From a virus (taxonomy: Duplodnaviria > Caudoviricetes), in IMG/VR virus record IMGVR_UViG_3300020411_000980, positions 38,353 to 102,352 of that record: 64,000 nt of DNA. One strand, given 5' to 3'. The notes under the pieces are model-generated. The model worked only from the letters and a program-made list of their open reading frames with translations, was not told the origin of the DNA and made no database searches. A program made the translations under genes and the position numbers. Positions 30,699-40,646 of the stretch are shown here, in pieces; positions within the stretch are counted from its first letter, which is position 1; each line of letters begins with the position of its first letter.

Positions 30699-31447
30699 AG
30701 TTGAGAGTTAATTTTAGCGATAAGGTACTCTCTGACTAAACCAGAGCGTACGATGTCATCAATACCGAACTCAATGCAGTCAAATGATGGCATTGACTGA
30801 ATAATCTGTAAAAAGTCCAGAATACCAGTACGTTCGTTATTTTTGACAAGATCAGACTGTGCTATATCACCTGAGAAGATGATTTTACAGTTTTGACCTA
30901 TCCTAGTGATTATACTATCCAACTCGTGAAAATTCAAGTTGCTGAACTCATCTACAATGATGATAGAGTTATCAAATGTAGTTCCTCTTATAAATGAGGT
31001 ACTCCAGAATGAAATAGTATCTTGTGTCCTTAGATTGTCGTATAACATATCAAAGGCACTATCATCTGGCATCTCAAACATATACTTCACCATATTACGG
31101 TAAGGTATCTGATAGAGGTCAGATTTGTCTTCGTGGTCTCCTGGTAAGAATCCAATCTCTCTTGTAGGTACGAGAGACCTGACCATATAGACTTTTTCGT
31201 ATGGAGTTCCTTCTTCTAATACTTGTTGTAATGCCAAGTACAAACTAATAAAAGTCTTACCTGTACCTGCTACACCGTGTAGAATTAGATGTTTGCCAGC
31301 AGCATAAGATTTGAACGCTCTCTCCTGATTAGAGGTGAGTGGTTCAATAACTTTTAGTTGGTCTATACCGATTGGCTTCTTCCTTCTCATTGCTTTAGCA
31401 GATCTGCTGTTGTTTTGAGAGGTAGTCTTACGCTTTTTAACTGGCAT
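30695..31447 (-). CDS. phoH: PhoH-family ATPase
   Basis: GVAGTGKT, IGFLPG, IRGTTF, IVDE, GDIAQSDL, VRS. Confidence 0.95.
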   Translation of the reverse strand: MPVKKRKTTSQNNSRSAKAMRRKKPIGIDQLKVIEPLTSNQERAFKSYAAGKHLILHGVAGTGKTFISLYLALQQVLEEGTPYEKVYMVRSLVPTREIGFLPGDHEDKSDLYQIPYRNMVKYMFEMPDDSAFDMLYDNLRTQDTISFWSTSFIRGTTFDNSIIIVDEFSNLNFHELDSIITRIGQNCKIIFSGDIAQSDLVKNNERTGILDFLQIIQSMPSFDCIEFGIDDIVRSGLVREYLIAKINSQL

Positions 31448-31678
31448 TTATGTGAATCGTGAAAGGTTTGCAGCGGGATGTGCTTTTTGGATCTTAGACA
31501 TTACATCTTTAAATCCATCAGACTGCTTAGGTTTCCCATAAATGTGATTAGGTACTTGATTGCCAAAATAGCGTTCTAACTCAGGATGATCTTCTTTATA
31601 TTTATCGAGATCGTGCATAGACATCATAACCTCGGTAATTTCACCAGTTTCTTTGTTTATAAAGTCGTAATTTGGCAT
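31448..31678 (-). CDS. FmdB-like small regulatory protein
   Basis: MPNYDF..KETGE start, GFKDV. Confidence 0.5.
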   Translation of the reverse strand: MPNYDFINKETGEITEVMMSMHDLDKYKEDHPELERYFGNQVPNHIYGKPKQSDGFKDVMSKIQKAHPAANLSRFT

Positions 31679-32286
31679 TAGATCTTTAATAGTTTCGTAT
31701 GAATACCGTATTCACCTCTACAAATAACATTAAATGCGAGACTAATACGTGGTTCCTTAGCATCGTCCTGATTACAGCGAGTAACTGAATGGATCAATTC
31801 TGAAGGGAATATGCATATCATACCACGTTCGGGAGATATTGCATAGGTTGTAGCATTATATAGGTTCGGATGCTGCAAGTGTGGTTCCAGCACAAAGTGT
31901 TTAGTACTATGGAAGGTAAGGTTACCACCACCAGGAGGTGCATTTAAAAAACATACACCAGAAAACTGAGAGTTGCAATGATCGTGTCCATTAGCTCTAT
32001 CGCCAACGTACATCCAATTAATCCAACTATTAGTGATCTCTGGTGTATGTTTCTTAGGATCTATTCCTTGTATACCATACACATATTCTTGAACGTGTTT
32101 GTATACCCAAGTCTGTAACTGAGGTAACTCTTTTAATGTATGAGGATTACTGGTCACATTACCACTATTATTCTGTGGGTAATCCATCGTTTCCATATCA
32201 TTTATTACATCGGTAACGTCAGGCATTTCACCATCGTTAGCAACATAAACTGGGGATGAGAATAGTGGGATTACTTCTAAGGGCAT
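31678..32286 (-). CDS. 2OG-Fe(II) oxygenase-like protein
   Basis: SWIN, HDHCNS..SGV, IFPSELIHSV, RISLAFN; start trimmed. Confidence 0.8.
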   Translation of the reverse strand: MPLEVIPLFSSPVYVANDGEMPDVTDVINDMETMDYPQNNSGNVTSNPHTLKELPQLQTWVYKHVQEYVYGIQGIDPKKHTPEITNSWINWMYVGDRANGHDHCNSQFSGVCFLNAPPGGGNLTFHSTKHFVLEPHLQHPNLYNATTYAISPERGMICIFPSELIHSVTRCNQDDAKEPRISLAFNVICRGEYGIHTKLLKI

Positions 32287-33023
32287 TAATCTATTCTTAG
32301 GCACGGCTGCAAATCGTCCCACCCATCGGGGTGTTCGTTCTTGTAATCGCAATCGCAATCTTCATCTTGAGTTGCAGTTTCACACCACCCTAACGCTTTA
32401 GAAATGGTTGGGAAGTTACAGATGAAGTGACGTTGACATAGGTTTGCTATGTCCATATGCTCCTTCTGTGTACCGTTTGCACTTCTTAGATTAATATAGT
32501 GCATCCAACTACGAGCACTACCTGTCATATACAAACGAGTTGGTGTTGCTAACGGGAGAACAAATCTCGCACATTCCTTCGCAATACCCTCACGTATGAG
32601 TTCATCGTAAAGATCGACTCCCTCAGCAAAGTAACGAGCGATCTTTTTCTGTAGGAATTCGGTCTGATCTTGGGGGATATCATCGATTGAATTTTGTCTA
32701 TTTTTTAAGTCCTGTCTTCTCAGTTCAGGTGGTTCAATTGTAGTACCAAGTAGTTCGGTGTTAGCATAACGCTGACTAAACTCTTGGAACGTAAAGGATC
32801 TATGCCTTAAGATCTGTGCTGCTAGTCCTCTAGTAGTGTTGATCTCAAGTGTCATATGTGCCTGTTCAAATACAGACCAGTGACCGTGCTTGATGCAATA
32901 ACCTAAGAGTTTCTCGACATTAGGATTGTCTTGGTTCTTAGGGTTGGATACTCTTGCGATGTATCCTATAGTTTTTTCAGCGTCAGGTGTAACACTGACG
33001 AGACATACTTTAGTCTTTGTCAT
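32286..33023 (-). CDS. thyX: Flavin-dependent thymidylate synthase
   Basis: HWSVFE, QILRHRSFTFQEFSQRY, ARFVLP, TQKEH. Confidence 0.95.
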   Translation of the reverse strand: MTKTKVCLVSVTPDAEKTIGYIARVSNPKNQDNPNVEKLLGYCIKHGHWSVFEQAHMTLEINTTRGLAAQILRHRSFTFQEFSQRYANTELLGTTIEPPELRRQDLKNRQNSIDDIPQDQTEFLQKKIARYFAEGVDLYDELIREGIAKECARFVLPLATPTRLYMTGSARSWMHYINLRSANGTQKEHMDIANLCQRHFICNFPTISKALGWCETATQDEDCDCDYKNEHPDGWDDLQPCLRID

Positions 33024-33258
33024 TCTGTAGAAACCTAGTCATAGTAATTATACAAAAAGCGTGAAGGTAATTTATCGCCTTCACTCCAAAAATATAAGGC
33101 ATTGTATAGTTCCATAGAAACATCCATAACAGTGGTCCTATCAAGTATACACCAATAAATTTCCCTACCATTGCAGAGGTAACTAACTCTTTAGCAACCT
33201 CTTCGGGAACTTCTGCTGCCCTATCTACTTTCTTTTTAAGATTATAAAAGTTACTCAT
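33010..33258 (-). CDS. Hypothetical membrane protein
   Basis: PLLWMFLWNYTMPYIFG hydrophobic segment. Confidence 0.55.
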   Translation of the reverse strand: MSNFYNLKKKVDRAAEVPEEVAKELVTSAMVGKFIGVYLIGPLLWMFLWNYTMPYIFGVKAINYLHAFCIITMTRFLQNDKD

Positions 33259-33430
33259 ACCCCTTTCTCTTCTTCCAGTCAGCATACATTCTACCGTAAA
33301 TCATACCTTCATTAGATTTTAATGGAGAACCCTCAAGGATCTCTTGTTCCCTGACAGTTCTGTTTCCATCATTCATTGTCATATCGTACTCGCTCTCCCA
33401 GTTTTCAATTTCTTCACTCGGAATCCGCAT
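33251..33430 (-). CDS. Hypothetical protein
   Basis: MRIPSEEIENW...; start uncertain. Confidence 0.5.
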   Translation of the reverse strand: MRIPSEEIENWESEYDMTMNDGNRTVREQEILEGSPLKSNEGMIYGRMYADWKKRKGYE

Positions 33431-33698
33431 CTGCCTTCCTCCTCTTACGTTTTTTACGTGGAGGAGTAGCTTGATTGTGCCAGTTTGCTGGTGGAATTCT
33501 ACCCTCACTTTGCTTCAACCATTTGAAGTCTTTCTTGTACTTGTCATAATAATGATCAAACAATTCCACTGCTTGACTACCCATAGCAATGTCGTGCTGA
33601 ACTTTACCATCCACCTCATACTGTACTAAGTATGCTGTGTACGGTAACTTCTTATCTTCAGCAAGTTTTGGGTCGCAGTTCTGGTGAAGAATATTCAC
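33414..33698 (-). CDS. Hypothetical protein
   Basis: LPYTAYLV...FDHYYDKY. Confidence 0.6.
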   Translation of the reverse strand: MNILHQNCDPKLAEDKKLPYTAYLVQYEVDGKVQHDIAMGSQAVELFDHYYDKYKKDFKWLKQSEGRIPPANWHNQATPPRKKRKRRKADADSE

Positions 33699-34132
33699 TT
33701 ACTACGACCTCCCCATTTGATTTCAGGGAACGCTTCCGTTACCACTGCTTTAGTAATTCTGTACTTCTTACCAAGTTTCTTGTCTTTAACAAGACATAAG
33801 ATTGATGCTTCATCCTTGTGCAATCCTTCACACATTTGAATGAACATCGTCTCTCTCTTAGTACGAGTTAGATTGTCTGCACCACCCTTAACAAAGTAGT
33901 AAAACTTTCTTGACTCTAACGCTAAGTTAGTGTGCTCAGTTCCTTGGGGTGCTTCGTTAGGTCTGTAAGGCACATCACCTTCTGGGATGACAGAGATAAC
34001 ACTATCATCATAGTTCCAAATGAATAGAGACCTCAATGCTTGACTGTTATTTTGTTGAAGAATTTTAATCTTCTCTGCTTTAGTCTTAGCATTGTGTGCC
34101 TTCTGAATAATTTCAGATAACATCAGTTTCAT
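33695..34132 (-). CDS. Conserved phage hypothetical protein
   Basis: PEGDVPY, RETMFIQMCEGLH..EA. Confidence 0.65.
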   Translation of the reverse strand: MKLMLSEIIQKAHNAKTKAEKIKILQQNNSQALRSLFIWNYDDSVISVIPEGDVPYRPNEAPQGTEHTNLALESRKFYYFVKGGADNLTRTKRETMFIQMCEGLHKDEASILCLVKDKKLGKKYRITKAVVTEAFPEIKWGGRSK

Positions 34133-34151
34133 AGTAATTCCAAGAAATTAA

Positions 34152-34391
34152 TTAGTCGTCGTCATTGTCATCTATTGTAGCATCATCATCGACGAGACGC
34201 AAATAGAGTAACTCTGACTGATCTACGTTTCCGTTTTCATCTAACATCTCAGGGTGTGTAATTGACTTAGCATATGCTGCGTTGTCAATGTATGAGTCAA
34301 GATAACTCTTACCAATAAAGGTAACAACAACACCAAGGAGGAAAGATCCAAAGAGTGCAAAGGTATAAAGTGAACCTATTACTTCTTCCAT
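34152..34391 (-). CDS. Hypothetical membrane protein
   Basis: TM helix, HPEMLDENG, acidic tail. Confidence 0.6.
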   Translation of the reverse strand: MEEVIGSLYTFALFGSFLLGVVVTFIGKSYLDSYIDNAAYAKSITHPEMLDENGNVDQSELLYLRLVDDDATIDDNDDD

Positions 34392-34417
34392 AAAAACCTC
34401 CTAGATCTTAGTTCTAT

Positions 34418-34666
34418 TTAGAGGAAACCCTGAGTCCTAAACAAATTGATACTTTCATTGCAACCTCCTAACTTTTTACCTTCAACTACAAGTTGAGGGA
34501 AGGTAGCACCGTGTCCAAACTCTGAATAGAATTGATCACGTGTAAAGTTCACGTCAAGTTTATACTCTTGAAAGCTCCAACCTTTCTCATTATATACTCT
34601 TTTTATCTTCGTGCAAAATGGGCAACCGTCTTTAGTATAGATTGCAGTATTCTTGGGAACAGACAT
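34418..34666 (-). CDS. nrdC: Glutaredoxin
   Basis: CPFC, TFPQ, GGC. Confidence 0.92.
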   Translation of the reverse strand: MSVPKNTAIYTKDGCPFCTKIKRVYNEKGWSFQEYKLDVNFTRDQFYSEFGHGATFPQLVVEGKKLGGCNESINLFRTQGFL

Positions 34667-34682
34667 AGGGTTTTAAAGCAAT

Positions 34683-34709
34683 AAAAAAGGGTGGAGAAAA
34701 TCCCCACCC
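34683..34709 (-). terminator. Intrinsic terminator
   Basis: GGGTGG/CCACCC stem + T6. Confidence 0.75.
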
Positions 34710-34739
34710 AGTATATATTATCTAATGGACGTTTGTCAA
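34710..34739 (-). promoter_or_regulatory. Sigma70-like early promoter
   Basis: TTGACA-N18-TATACT. Confidence 0.6.
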
Positions 34740-35129
34740 TTAGAAAGTGAACTTAACTCCAGCTTTTGCTCCCCAGTTAACTAGAGAGTCGCCATTGCTG
34801 TCCTCATCAGTGATGCCTGAAAGCTCACCGTATACAGAAGTAGCATCAGCAAGAGCATAAGATACTCCAACCTTACCAGAGAAATCTGTATCTGTATCAG
34901 AAGCAGCTTCGCTATGAGTAATAGCTGGACCACCTTGTACGTAGTAACCTAGTTTACCTGTTCCATTTACTCCCTCGTAACCTACGTGGATGTCGGTTGT
35001 AGCACCTGAATATGCTCCATCAGGGTAAGAAAGGTTGCTCTCGACATTCACATATGGACCAGCAAAAGCTGCACCAGCGAGAAGGAATGGAGATGCTGCT
35101 ACTGCAGCGATTGTTGATTTAATAGACAT
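34740..35129 (-). CDS. Small outer-membrane beta-barrel-like protein
   Basis: Signal peptide (AAFA|G), alternating beta strands, C-terminal GVKFTF. Confidence 0.65.
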   Translation of the reverse strand: MSIKSTIAAVAASPFLLAGAAFAGPYVNVESNLSYPDGAYSGATTDIHVGYEGVNGTGKLGYYVQGGPAITHSEAASDTDTDFSGKVGVSYALADATSVYGELSGITDEDSNGDSLVNWGAKAGVKFTF

Positions 35130-35144
35130 TGTGTTTGTTTATAG

Positions 35145-35245
35145 TATCTCGCAAGGACATAAAAATACCCTGCGGATGGTAATTCTCTCGACATAGAGAA
35201 TTTTTTATTGTATCCAACAGGGTTACGATTGTTTCGAGTCCTGAA
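35145..35245 (-). ncRNA. Unassigned structured 5' leader
   Basis: Stems CAGG/CCTG, AATTCTCT/AGAGAATT, GCAGGG/CCTTGC, GGAT/ATCC downstream of TAAATA (35250-35255). Confidence 0.4.
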
Positions 35246-35280
35246 GAAGTATTTATACTATCAGGAACTGCGGATAACCG

Positions 35281-35499
35281 TCAAGTGGGTTGTGACAGTT
35301 CTCGAATTGGCACAAGCTTAAGGAACTGTTCATTCATATTATAGAACAACTTGTAGTTCGCAGTGGTCAAATAATATCCAATGATCTCATTACCATCGCA
35401 ATGATATCCATATCCTAGTAGTTTTTCATTACACCCATCTATTTTGAGTGTTCTACCTGATTCAAGGTAGTGATGATACTTTTCGTCAAGATTGATCAT
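35281..35499 (-). CDS. Hypothetical protein
   Basis: 72-aa ORF. Confidence 0.55.
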   Translation of the reverse strand: MINLDEKYHHYLESGRTLKIDGCNEKLLGYGYHCDGNEIIGYYLTTANYKLFYNMNEQFLKLVPIRELSQPT

Positions 35500-35671
35500 C
35501 GTTTATCTCCTTCATTAACGTTTGACAATAACCAATCATATGGTCTCTATACATTATGAGTTCGTCATAACATTCTTGATTGCGGGCACAGTTCCTGAGT
35601 TTAGGATCAGGCTTGTGAAGACTCTCCATCAATAGAGTTAAACCCCGCTGCATCTGCTCCTTTCTGCTCAT
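35486..35671 (-). CDS. Hypothetical protein
   Basis: 61-aa ORF. Confidence 0.55.
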   Translation of the reverse strand: MSRKEQMQRGLTLLMESLHKPDPKLRNCARNQECYDELIMYRDHMIGYCQTLMKEINDDQS

Positions 35672-35876
35672 CCTGGACAGTTTGTGTGGGTTTCGTTATA
35701 TTATATAGTGTTTTATCCAATCTTGCAACCTCTGCTAAAGGACTCTTAAAATATCGTCGTATTTTCTTAAGTTCTTTATTCATTTTTGCTTGGTCTCCAT
35801 CTGCTCTCTTCAATCCTCTGTTGATTGCTTGGAGTTCCATTGTTGACTTTAGTAGTCTCCTATCTGCTGCATCCAT
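35607..35876 (-). CDS. Hypothetical protein
   Basis: 89-aa ORF coupled to the upstream stop. Confidence 0.5.
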   Translation of the reverse strand: MDAADRRLLKSTMELQAINRGLKRADGDQAKMNKELKKIRRYFKSPLAEVARLDKTLYNITKPTQTVQDEQKGADAAGFNSIDGESSQA

Positions 35877-38800
35877 TAATCTACCTCCGTTGCTAGGATG
35901 TCAAACCACCTCGATTGAGTTGGTACATAGCTGTTTTGATTACTATACCACACCTGACTGTTTTTGTCGTGCATTGACTGATAGATTGCATACCTAGCGT
36001 TACGTTGGAACCTTGCGTTGGTAGCATCTCTTACCTGTACCTTCTTAGGTAGTCCAGTCTGCACTGGGAAGTATGGTGAGTTTGGTTCCTTACCATTAGT
36101 ATATTGCAATCTTTCAGGTGGCCAAGAGATCTGTTGTATGTGTCCTTCAGCATACCTCTTACCATAACTTGTTACTGAGTGGATCCTTATGTTACCAAAC
36201 CATCCATACTTCTTAAACTTATAGGTATCACCTGCTTGATAGTACTCTTGTCTGGTAACTCTTATACGTAATCTATATTCCAATCCATTCTTCTCCTTAT
36301 AATCTGTAAAGAATAGGACATCATTACCTAGGAGAGATTGTTGTAACCAATATTGATGGAAGGACTCTGCCTTACCTGTCTTATACCTAAAGAAACTAGC
36401 AAAGATTGAATCCATATTAACTACGAACTCATTAGTCTGTACAACCTGTTGGTCTACAACCAATACATCTAACTGTCTCGGTGTTGATTGATCTCTCTCG
36501 TGTGATGCTTGTATCTTAATGTCTTGAATCCTACCTTGTGTACTGCTAGTTGCAGGACATTCAATGTCATTGATACCTGTGACCTTAAAACCTATGTAAT
36601 AAGATCCAACATATTTGGATAGACCAGTAGTCTTATTATACTTACCAACAAATAATTTACACTCATCATCAACATAGTATCCACCCTTACCCCAGTCAAT
36701 TACTTCTACCAACTTCCAGTTAGTCTCTTCAGCCTGAGCATCGTGGACTGTCCATTGAAGTTTAACTGTGAAATCATAGTCACCAGTCGTAATAATATAT
36801 CCTGTGTCACCAGTAGTCATATCTGCTATTGGTGTACTTCCAATAACTTTAAGTTCACTGACCTGATTTGCACCACGTACTTGTAGTTCATTGGTATTAA
36901 CTACTTGATTAGTCATCACAGTAGTATAGTTCTCTTTAGTTACATCATCACCATCTTCTTCAAAGTTAAACAACTGAATAGTATAAGGTAAACCACAAGG
37001 TTCTGTTGGTTCGTGTGATGCTAAGTTACCATCGTTCTGTGCAGGGTTATTAGTTCTGTAACTACTTGACTGTGTTATCAACAATAACTCCCAAGTGTTT
37101 AGGAACTTCTTAGTATTAGCATCCCTTAATGACATAGCAGGTGAAACCCTACCATTATAATGTCCTGAATCTATAGAATCTAACTTCCAAGTGATACGAT
37201 CACCTTCTTCTACACTGAAGGACAGTAAAGGTGTACCAATCTTCTTCCACTTACTTACATCTTCTTGCTTCGTATATATTTGGGTACCATTCTTATGAAG
37301 TGACCAAGTAAATTTAGTACAGTCACCCCAACCACCTGTCATACCACCGTGTGATCTGATCTCTAGGTCTGCATCCTTAAGTGCAGTAACATTCTGTGTA
37401 CAAGCAGTACTGAATGCAACAGTACCAGTACAAGCAGCACATCCATAATCATTCTCTCCTTCCATCTGTCCACACTCAGTCCTTGTCATTGAACAACTGA
37501 CAAACTGTTGATCAAAGACTCTCTCTTCACACTTATCAACAGAAGTGATGTCCTCATAGACTGGGTTGGCATCTCTATCAAAGACATAGCATTGTATTCC
37601 TTCATAAAGATACTCACTATCTCCATAACGTAAATGATATGACTGTTTCATATCATTATAATCATCGTCACCATTTAATAAGTCTTCCCAATATTGCCAA
37701 GTTCTATCAGGCCACTTGGTCATATCTTTACCACCAGGATTCAAATGCTTTTGTGAGAACCAAGCATTATTATTCTGTGCAGATCCACTCTGGTCTACTC
37801 TCCACCCACCATTAAGGGTACTAAAAGTTACTGCATCACCACGAGAAGTTCCACGTCCATCTCCGTCAGGTATCATAAAGAATCCTAATTTGCAAGGGAT
37901 GTATTGATTCAGTTCATCAGCTGGTACTTTGTAAGTGAACGTACCACTAGCATCAGTTGCGTTCTCTAGTATAACTCTACCGTGTACAGGTTCATCGTTA
38001 GCATTACAAAGATAGAATCCCATTGTGTTGTCATAACTTGCTGATCCCTGTCTACAATTAAAAGTAAAGTTTAGATAGGTCTCTGCCTTACTTGATAGCA
38101 TATAATATCCTTCCTCTAGGTTAGCTTCAATAGGAGGACCACCAATAGGAGTCAGAGTATACATATGATCCTGACTTTCAGGGGAGTAATACCTATAAAG
38201 AGCCACAGGAGATTCTCCATCCATCATCTCTGAAATCATATCCTGTTTGTCTGTGAACCCGTAGAACATTATCTCATCCCGTGCACCGAACCCTTGAGCA
38301 TCCATCGTTGCTTTCTCACCAGCTGGGTCAGTGGTAAGCATATGATCTACTGCTTGAGATGAGTATGACACGTACACAGGGAACGCACCACGTGCCTGTT
38401 GCACGTTGTGTGCATAGAACATAGGTGTACTGTTCTGTATGTACCCAGCTGGGGCTGTCGGGCTCAAGCTGTACATATGATCAGAAGATATGTTGCTAGA
38501 TAGAATACTAAACCTACCGTTAACATCAGAACCGTGTCCATCTCTGAATACGACAGTCTTATTAGTACCGTACTCTTGATTCACCTCAATATTATATCCA
38601 CCAGTGGGGTGTAAACCTCCATAAGTTATGGGATAATTTCCTGCGGTTAATGAGAGAGTCTTTGTCGTCTTTCCACGGGTACCTGAACGGGTAAATGTAG
38701 TACCATCAACAGTAATAGTATCTACAGCAGTGCCAGCAGTATACTCTTGATCTTTCCATCTATGCTCCAAGGTACAGAGACACGTGCCACTACCTGTTAC

Positions 38801-39433
38801 TGTAATAGTATCTTTGTCACTAAAACTAGCAGTAGCTGTAGGAGTAGCACCTAATATATGTTCGTATACTGGTACTCTATCTGTTACACAATCCTGTACA
38901 CATATTTTCTTTGTTGTACCAAACATTGAAGATGGTACAAATGAATCGCAGTCTGCTGCTGGTGGTTTCCAAGCACCACCAACGTAAGGTTTAAAGACAC
39001 ACTTCAAATGTTCTTTAATACAATCCTCTAAGTCAGGGTTCTTCTCGTGGTCACAAGATATCTCTTCACCATTCTCACCGAAACATATGTTAGGGGTACC
39101 TGGATTGTCTGTTGTTGGTATTGTTAATCTTATCTTGTCTATCGATGGTACTGGCCAACCGTGTCCAGTTAGCTGAGGTAATATGAAACCCCAATCAATT
39201 TCAAATGTATCATCATCGTCATCGTCATCATCGTCTTTAAAGTTTGGCTTCTTAGGTGTGAGTTGACCGTAACACTGTCCAATAAGATCTTCGATGACAG
39301 CATTAACAGTATTAGGTGCAGCTCCACCACCAGGTGCACCAACAGGACCTCCACCTGACGCAACGGGTTCAGCACTTTCTACTACGTCATCAGGATCACA
39401 ATTTTGTTCGAACCAGGCGTTATTGCCAGACAT
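35876..39433 (-). CDS. Large multidomain structural/surface protein
   Basis: 1185 aa; LYRYY...DHMYT repeats; WEDL..GDDDYNDM (DUF4114-like); late promoter 39454-39459. Confidence 0.65.
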   Translation of the reverse strand: MSGNNAWFEQNCDPDDVVESAEPVASGGGPVGAPGGGAAPNTVNAVIEDLIGQCYGQLTPKKPNFKDDDDDDDDDTFEIDWGFILPQLTGHGWPVPSIDKIRLTIPTTDNPGTPNICFGENGEEISCDHEKNPDLEDCIKEHLKCVFKPYVGGAWKPPAADCDSFVPSSMFGTTKKICVQDCVTDRVPVYEHILGATPTATASFSDKDTITVTGSGTCLCTLEHRWKDQEYTAGTAVDTITVDGTTFTRSGTRGKTTKTLSLTAGNYPITYGGLHPTGGYNIEVNQEYGTNKTVVFRDGHGSDVNGRFSILSSNISSDHMYSLSPTAPAGYIQNSTPMFYAHNVQQARGAFPVYVSYSSQAVDHMLTTDPAGEKATMDAQGFGARDEIMFYGFTDKQDMISEMMDGESPVALYRYYSPESQDHMYTLTPIGGPPIEANLEEGYYMLSSKAETYLNFTFNCRQGSASYDNTMGFYLCNANDEPVHGRVILENATDASGTFTYKVPADELNQYIPCKLGFFMIPDGDGRGTSRGDAVTFSTLNGGWRVDQSGSAQNNNAWFSQKHLNPGGKDMTKWPDRTWQYWEDLLNGDDDYNDMKQSYHLRYGDSEYLYEGIQCYVFDRDANPVYEDITSVDKCEERVFDQQFVSCSMTRTECGQMEGENDYGCAACTGTVAFSTACTQNVTALKDADLEIRSHGGMTGGWGDCTKFTWSLHKNGTQIYTKQEDVSKWKKIGTPLLSFSVEEGDRITWKLDSIDSGHYNGRVSPAMSLRDANTKKFLNTWELLLITQSSSYRTNNPAQNDGNLASHEPTEPCGLPYTIQLFNFEEDGDDVTKENYTTVMTNQVVNTNELQVRGANQVSELKVIGSTPIADMTTGDTGYIITTGDYDFTVKLQWTVHDAQAEETNWKLVEVIDWGKGGYYVDDECKLFVGKYNKTTGLSKYVGSYYIGFKVTGINDIECPATSSTQGRIQDIKIQASHERDQSTPRQLDVLVVDQQVVQTNEFVVNMDSIFASFFRYKTGKAESFHQYWLQQSLLGNDVLFFTDYKEKNGLEYRLRIRVTRQEYYQAGDTYKFKKYGWFGNIRIHSVTSYGKRYAEGHIQQISWPPERLQYTNGKEPNSPYFPVQTGLPKKVQVRDATNARFQRNARYAIYQSMHDKNSQVWYSNQNSYVPTQSRWFDILATEVD

Positions 39434-39456
39434 TTACACTGTTTTACTACAGGTAT

Positions 39457-39756
39457 TTAGTCTCGTTGTCTCCAGTCATCAGGTCTCTCTTGGTGAAACC
39501 AATCCACCACGTCTTGTGGATCTCCGAAACCCCTCCTGTGTTGAGTTGAATCGGGGTCTCCTATGTTCAACTCATTCAGAAAAGAATCCGTTGGATCTAT
39601 GGATAATCTTCTTGCTTTACTTAGCATACCTCTAGCAGATGTGTTTGCTTTTGATAGTTTCTCTGCCCATATCATATCAGATAAAGGAACTTCAACTCCA
39701 GAAGCGATGTCTTTACAGATTGCTTCTAAACGTAGACGGTATTGAGTAGAGAGCAT
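39457..39756 (-). CDS. Conserved cyanophage hypothetical protein
   Basis: MLSTQYRLRLEAIC...DWRQRD. Confidence 0.65.
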   Translation of the reverse strand: MLSTQYRLRLEAICKDIASGVEVPLSDMIWAEKLSKANTSARGMLSKARRLSIDPTDSFLNELNIGDPDSTQHRRGFGDPQDVVDWFHQERPDDWRQRD

Positions 39757-39790
39757 AAAATATTCTTATTAGTAGTATTATTTAACCTTA

Positions 39791-40471
39791 TTACATCTTA
39801 GGTTTGTCAAATAATATTGTATCAATATAATTCCTTGCCCACAGGGGATCAAACCACTTAGATAGTACGGCGATTGTTTTCTGATTCTTTCTCTGCTGAT
39901 TACAGTAATAGATTTGATCATCTAACCTGAGCATAGTGTTAACCCAGTCAGTATCTAAGTCTACTTCAGCGACTAGACCACAGTATACAGTCAACAGTTG
40001 TGATAGTAGTGAGCAATAATCAATCCTCTCTTTATATGTTTTCAATCTCATAAACTTACAGTGTGGTGAGAATATCTCATCACTCCACAGTGGAAGCACT
40101 CTACGTTCTTTGAAGTGGAAACGATTAGAAATACGTGCGACCGCTGGATAAATATCGATCTGATTTATATGTCTTACTGGACTTACATCTACGATTGCTG
40201 CAGTAACTGTCTTATCATTAGCAACAATATCGCATCCGAAAATAGGGATAGGATAAGCAGGGTCAGGATACAATACACAATGTAATACCTCAAGATTCTT
40301 AGTGTAACCTGTCTCTAGGTGCAACTTACGAAGACCAGGACAGTGCCACATCTCATTGATAATGTGAACGTCATCCTTATGTATCTCAGGAAAGTCACAC
40401 TCCATCTTAGTAATGGGAAGTGTCTTAACTGCACTACGAATTATGTCAGCAACATCACTTACTATCATCAT
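39791..40471 (-). CDS. pcyA: Phycocyanobilin:ferredoxin oxidoreductase
   Basis: RKLHLE, LHCVLYPDPAYPIPIFGCDIV, AAIVDVSP, QQRKNQKT. Confidence 0.88.
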   Translation of the reverse strand: MMIVSDVADIIRSAVKTLPITKMECDFPEIHKDDVHIINEMWHCPGLRKLHLETGYTKNLEVLHCVLYPDPAYPIPIFGCDIVANDKTVTAAIVDVSPVRHINQIDIYPAVARISNRFHFKERRVLPLWSDEIFSPHCKFMRLKTYKERIDYCSLLSQLLTVYCGLVAEVDLDTDWVNTMLRLDDQIYYCNQQRKNQKTIAVLSKWFDPLWARNYIDTILFDKPKM

Positions 40472-40646
40472 CAAAAGTTGTGAGCTCTTTGTATTTATGG
40501 TACAACTCTCCAACTTTTTTCTCAGTAGCACGTGACTTCCAAAGTTGTTGGATGATTACTTTCATATCATCCATCGGTACTACAACAGATAGAGATCCGT
40601 GTGTCTCTACTTCTGGTGGAGCAATTAAATCATTTGCTTCAGTCAT
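40455..40646 (-). CDS. Hypothetical protein
   Basis: 63-aa ORF. Confidence 0.5.
   Translation of the reverse strand: MTEANDLIAPPEVETHGSLSVVVPMDDMKVIIQQLWKSRATEKKVGELYHKYKELTTFDDDSK

Noticed and set aside
32286-32400. Cys-rich C-terminal extension of ThyX
   Set aside because: Short tail with no supportable function from sequence alone
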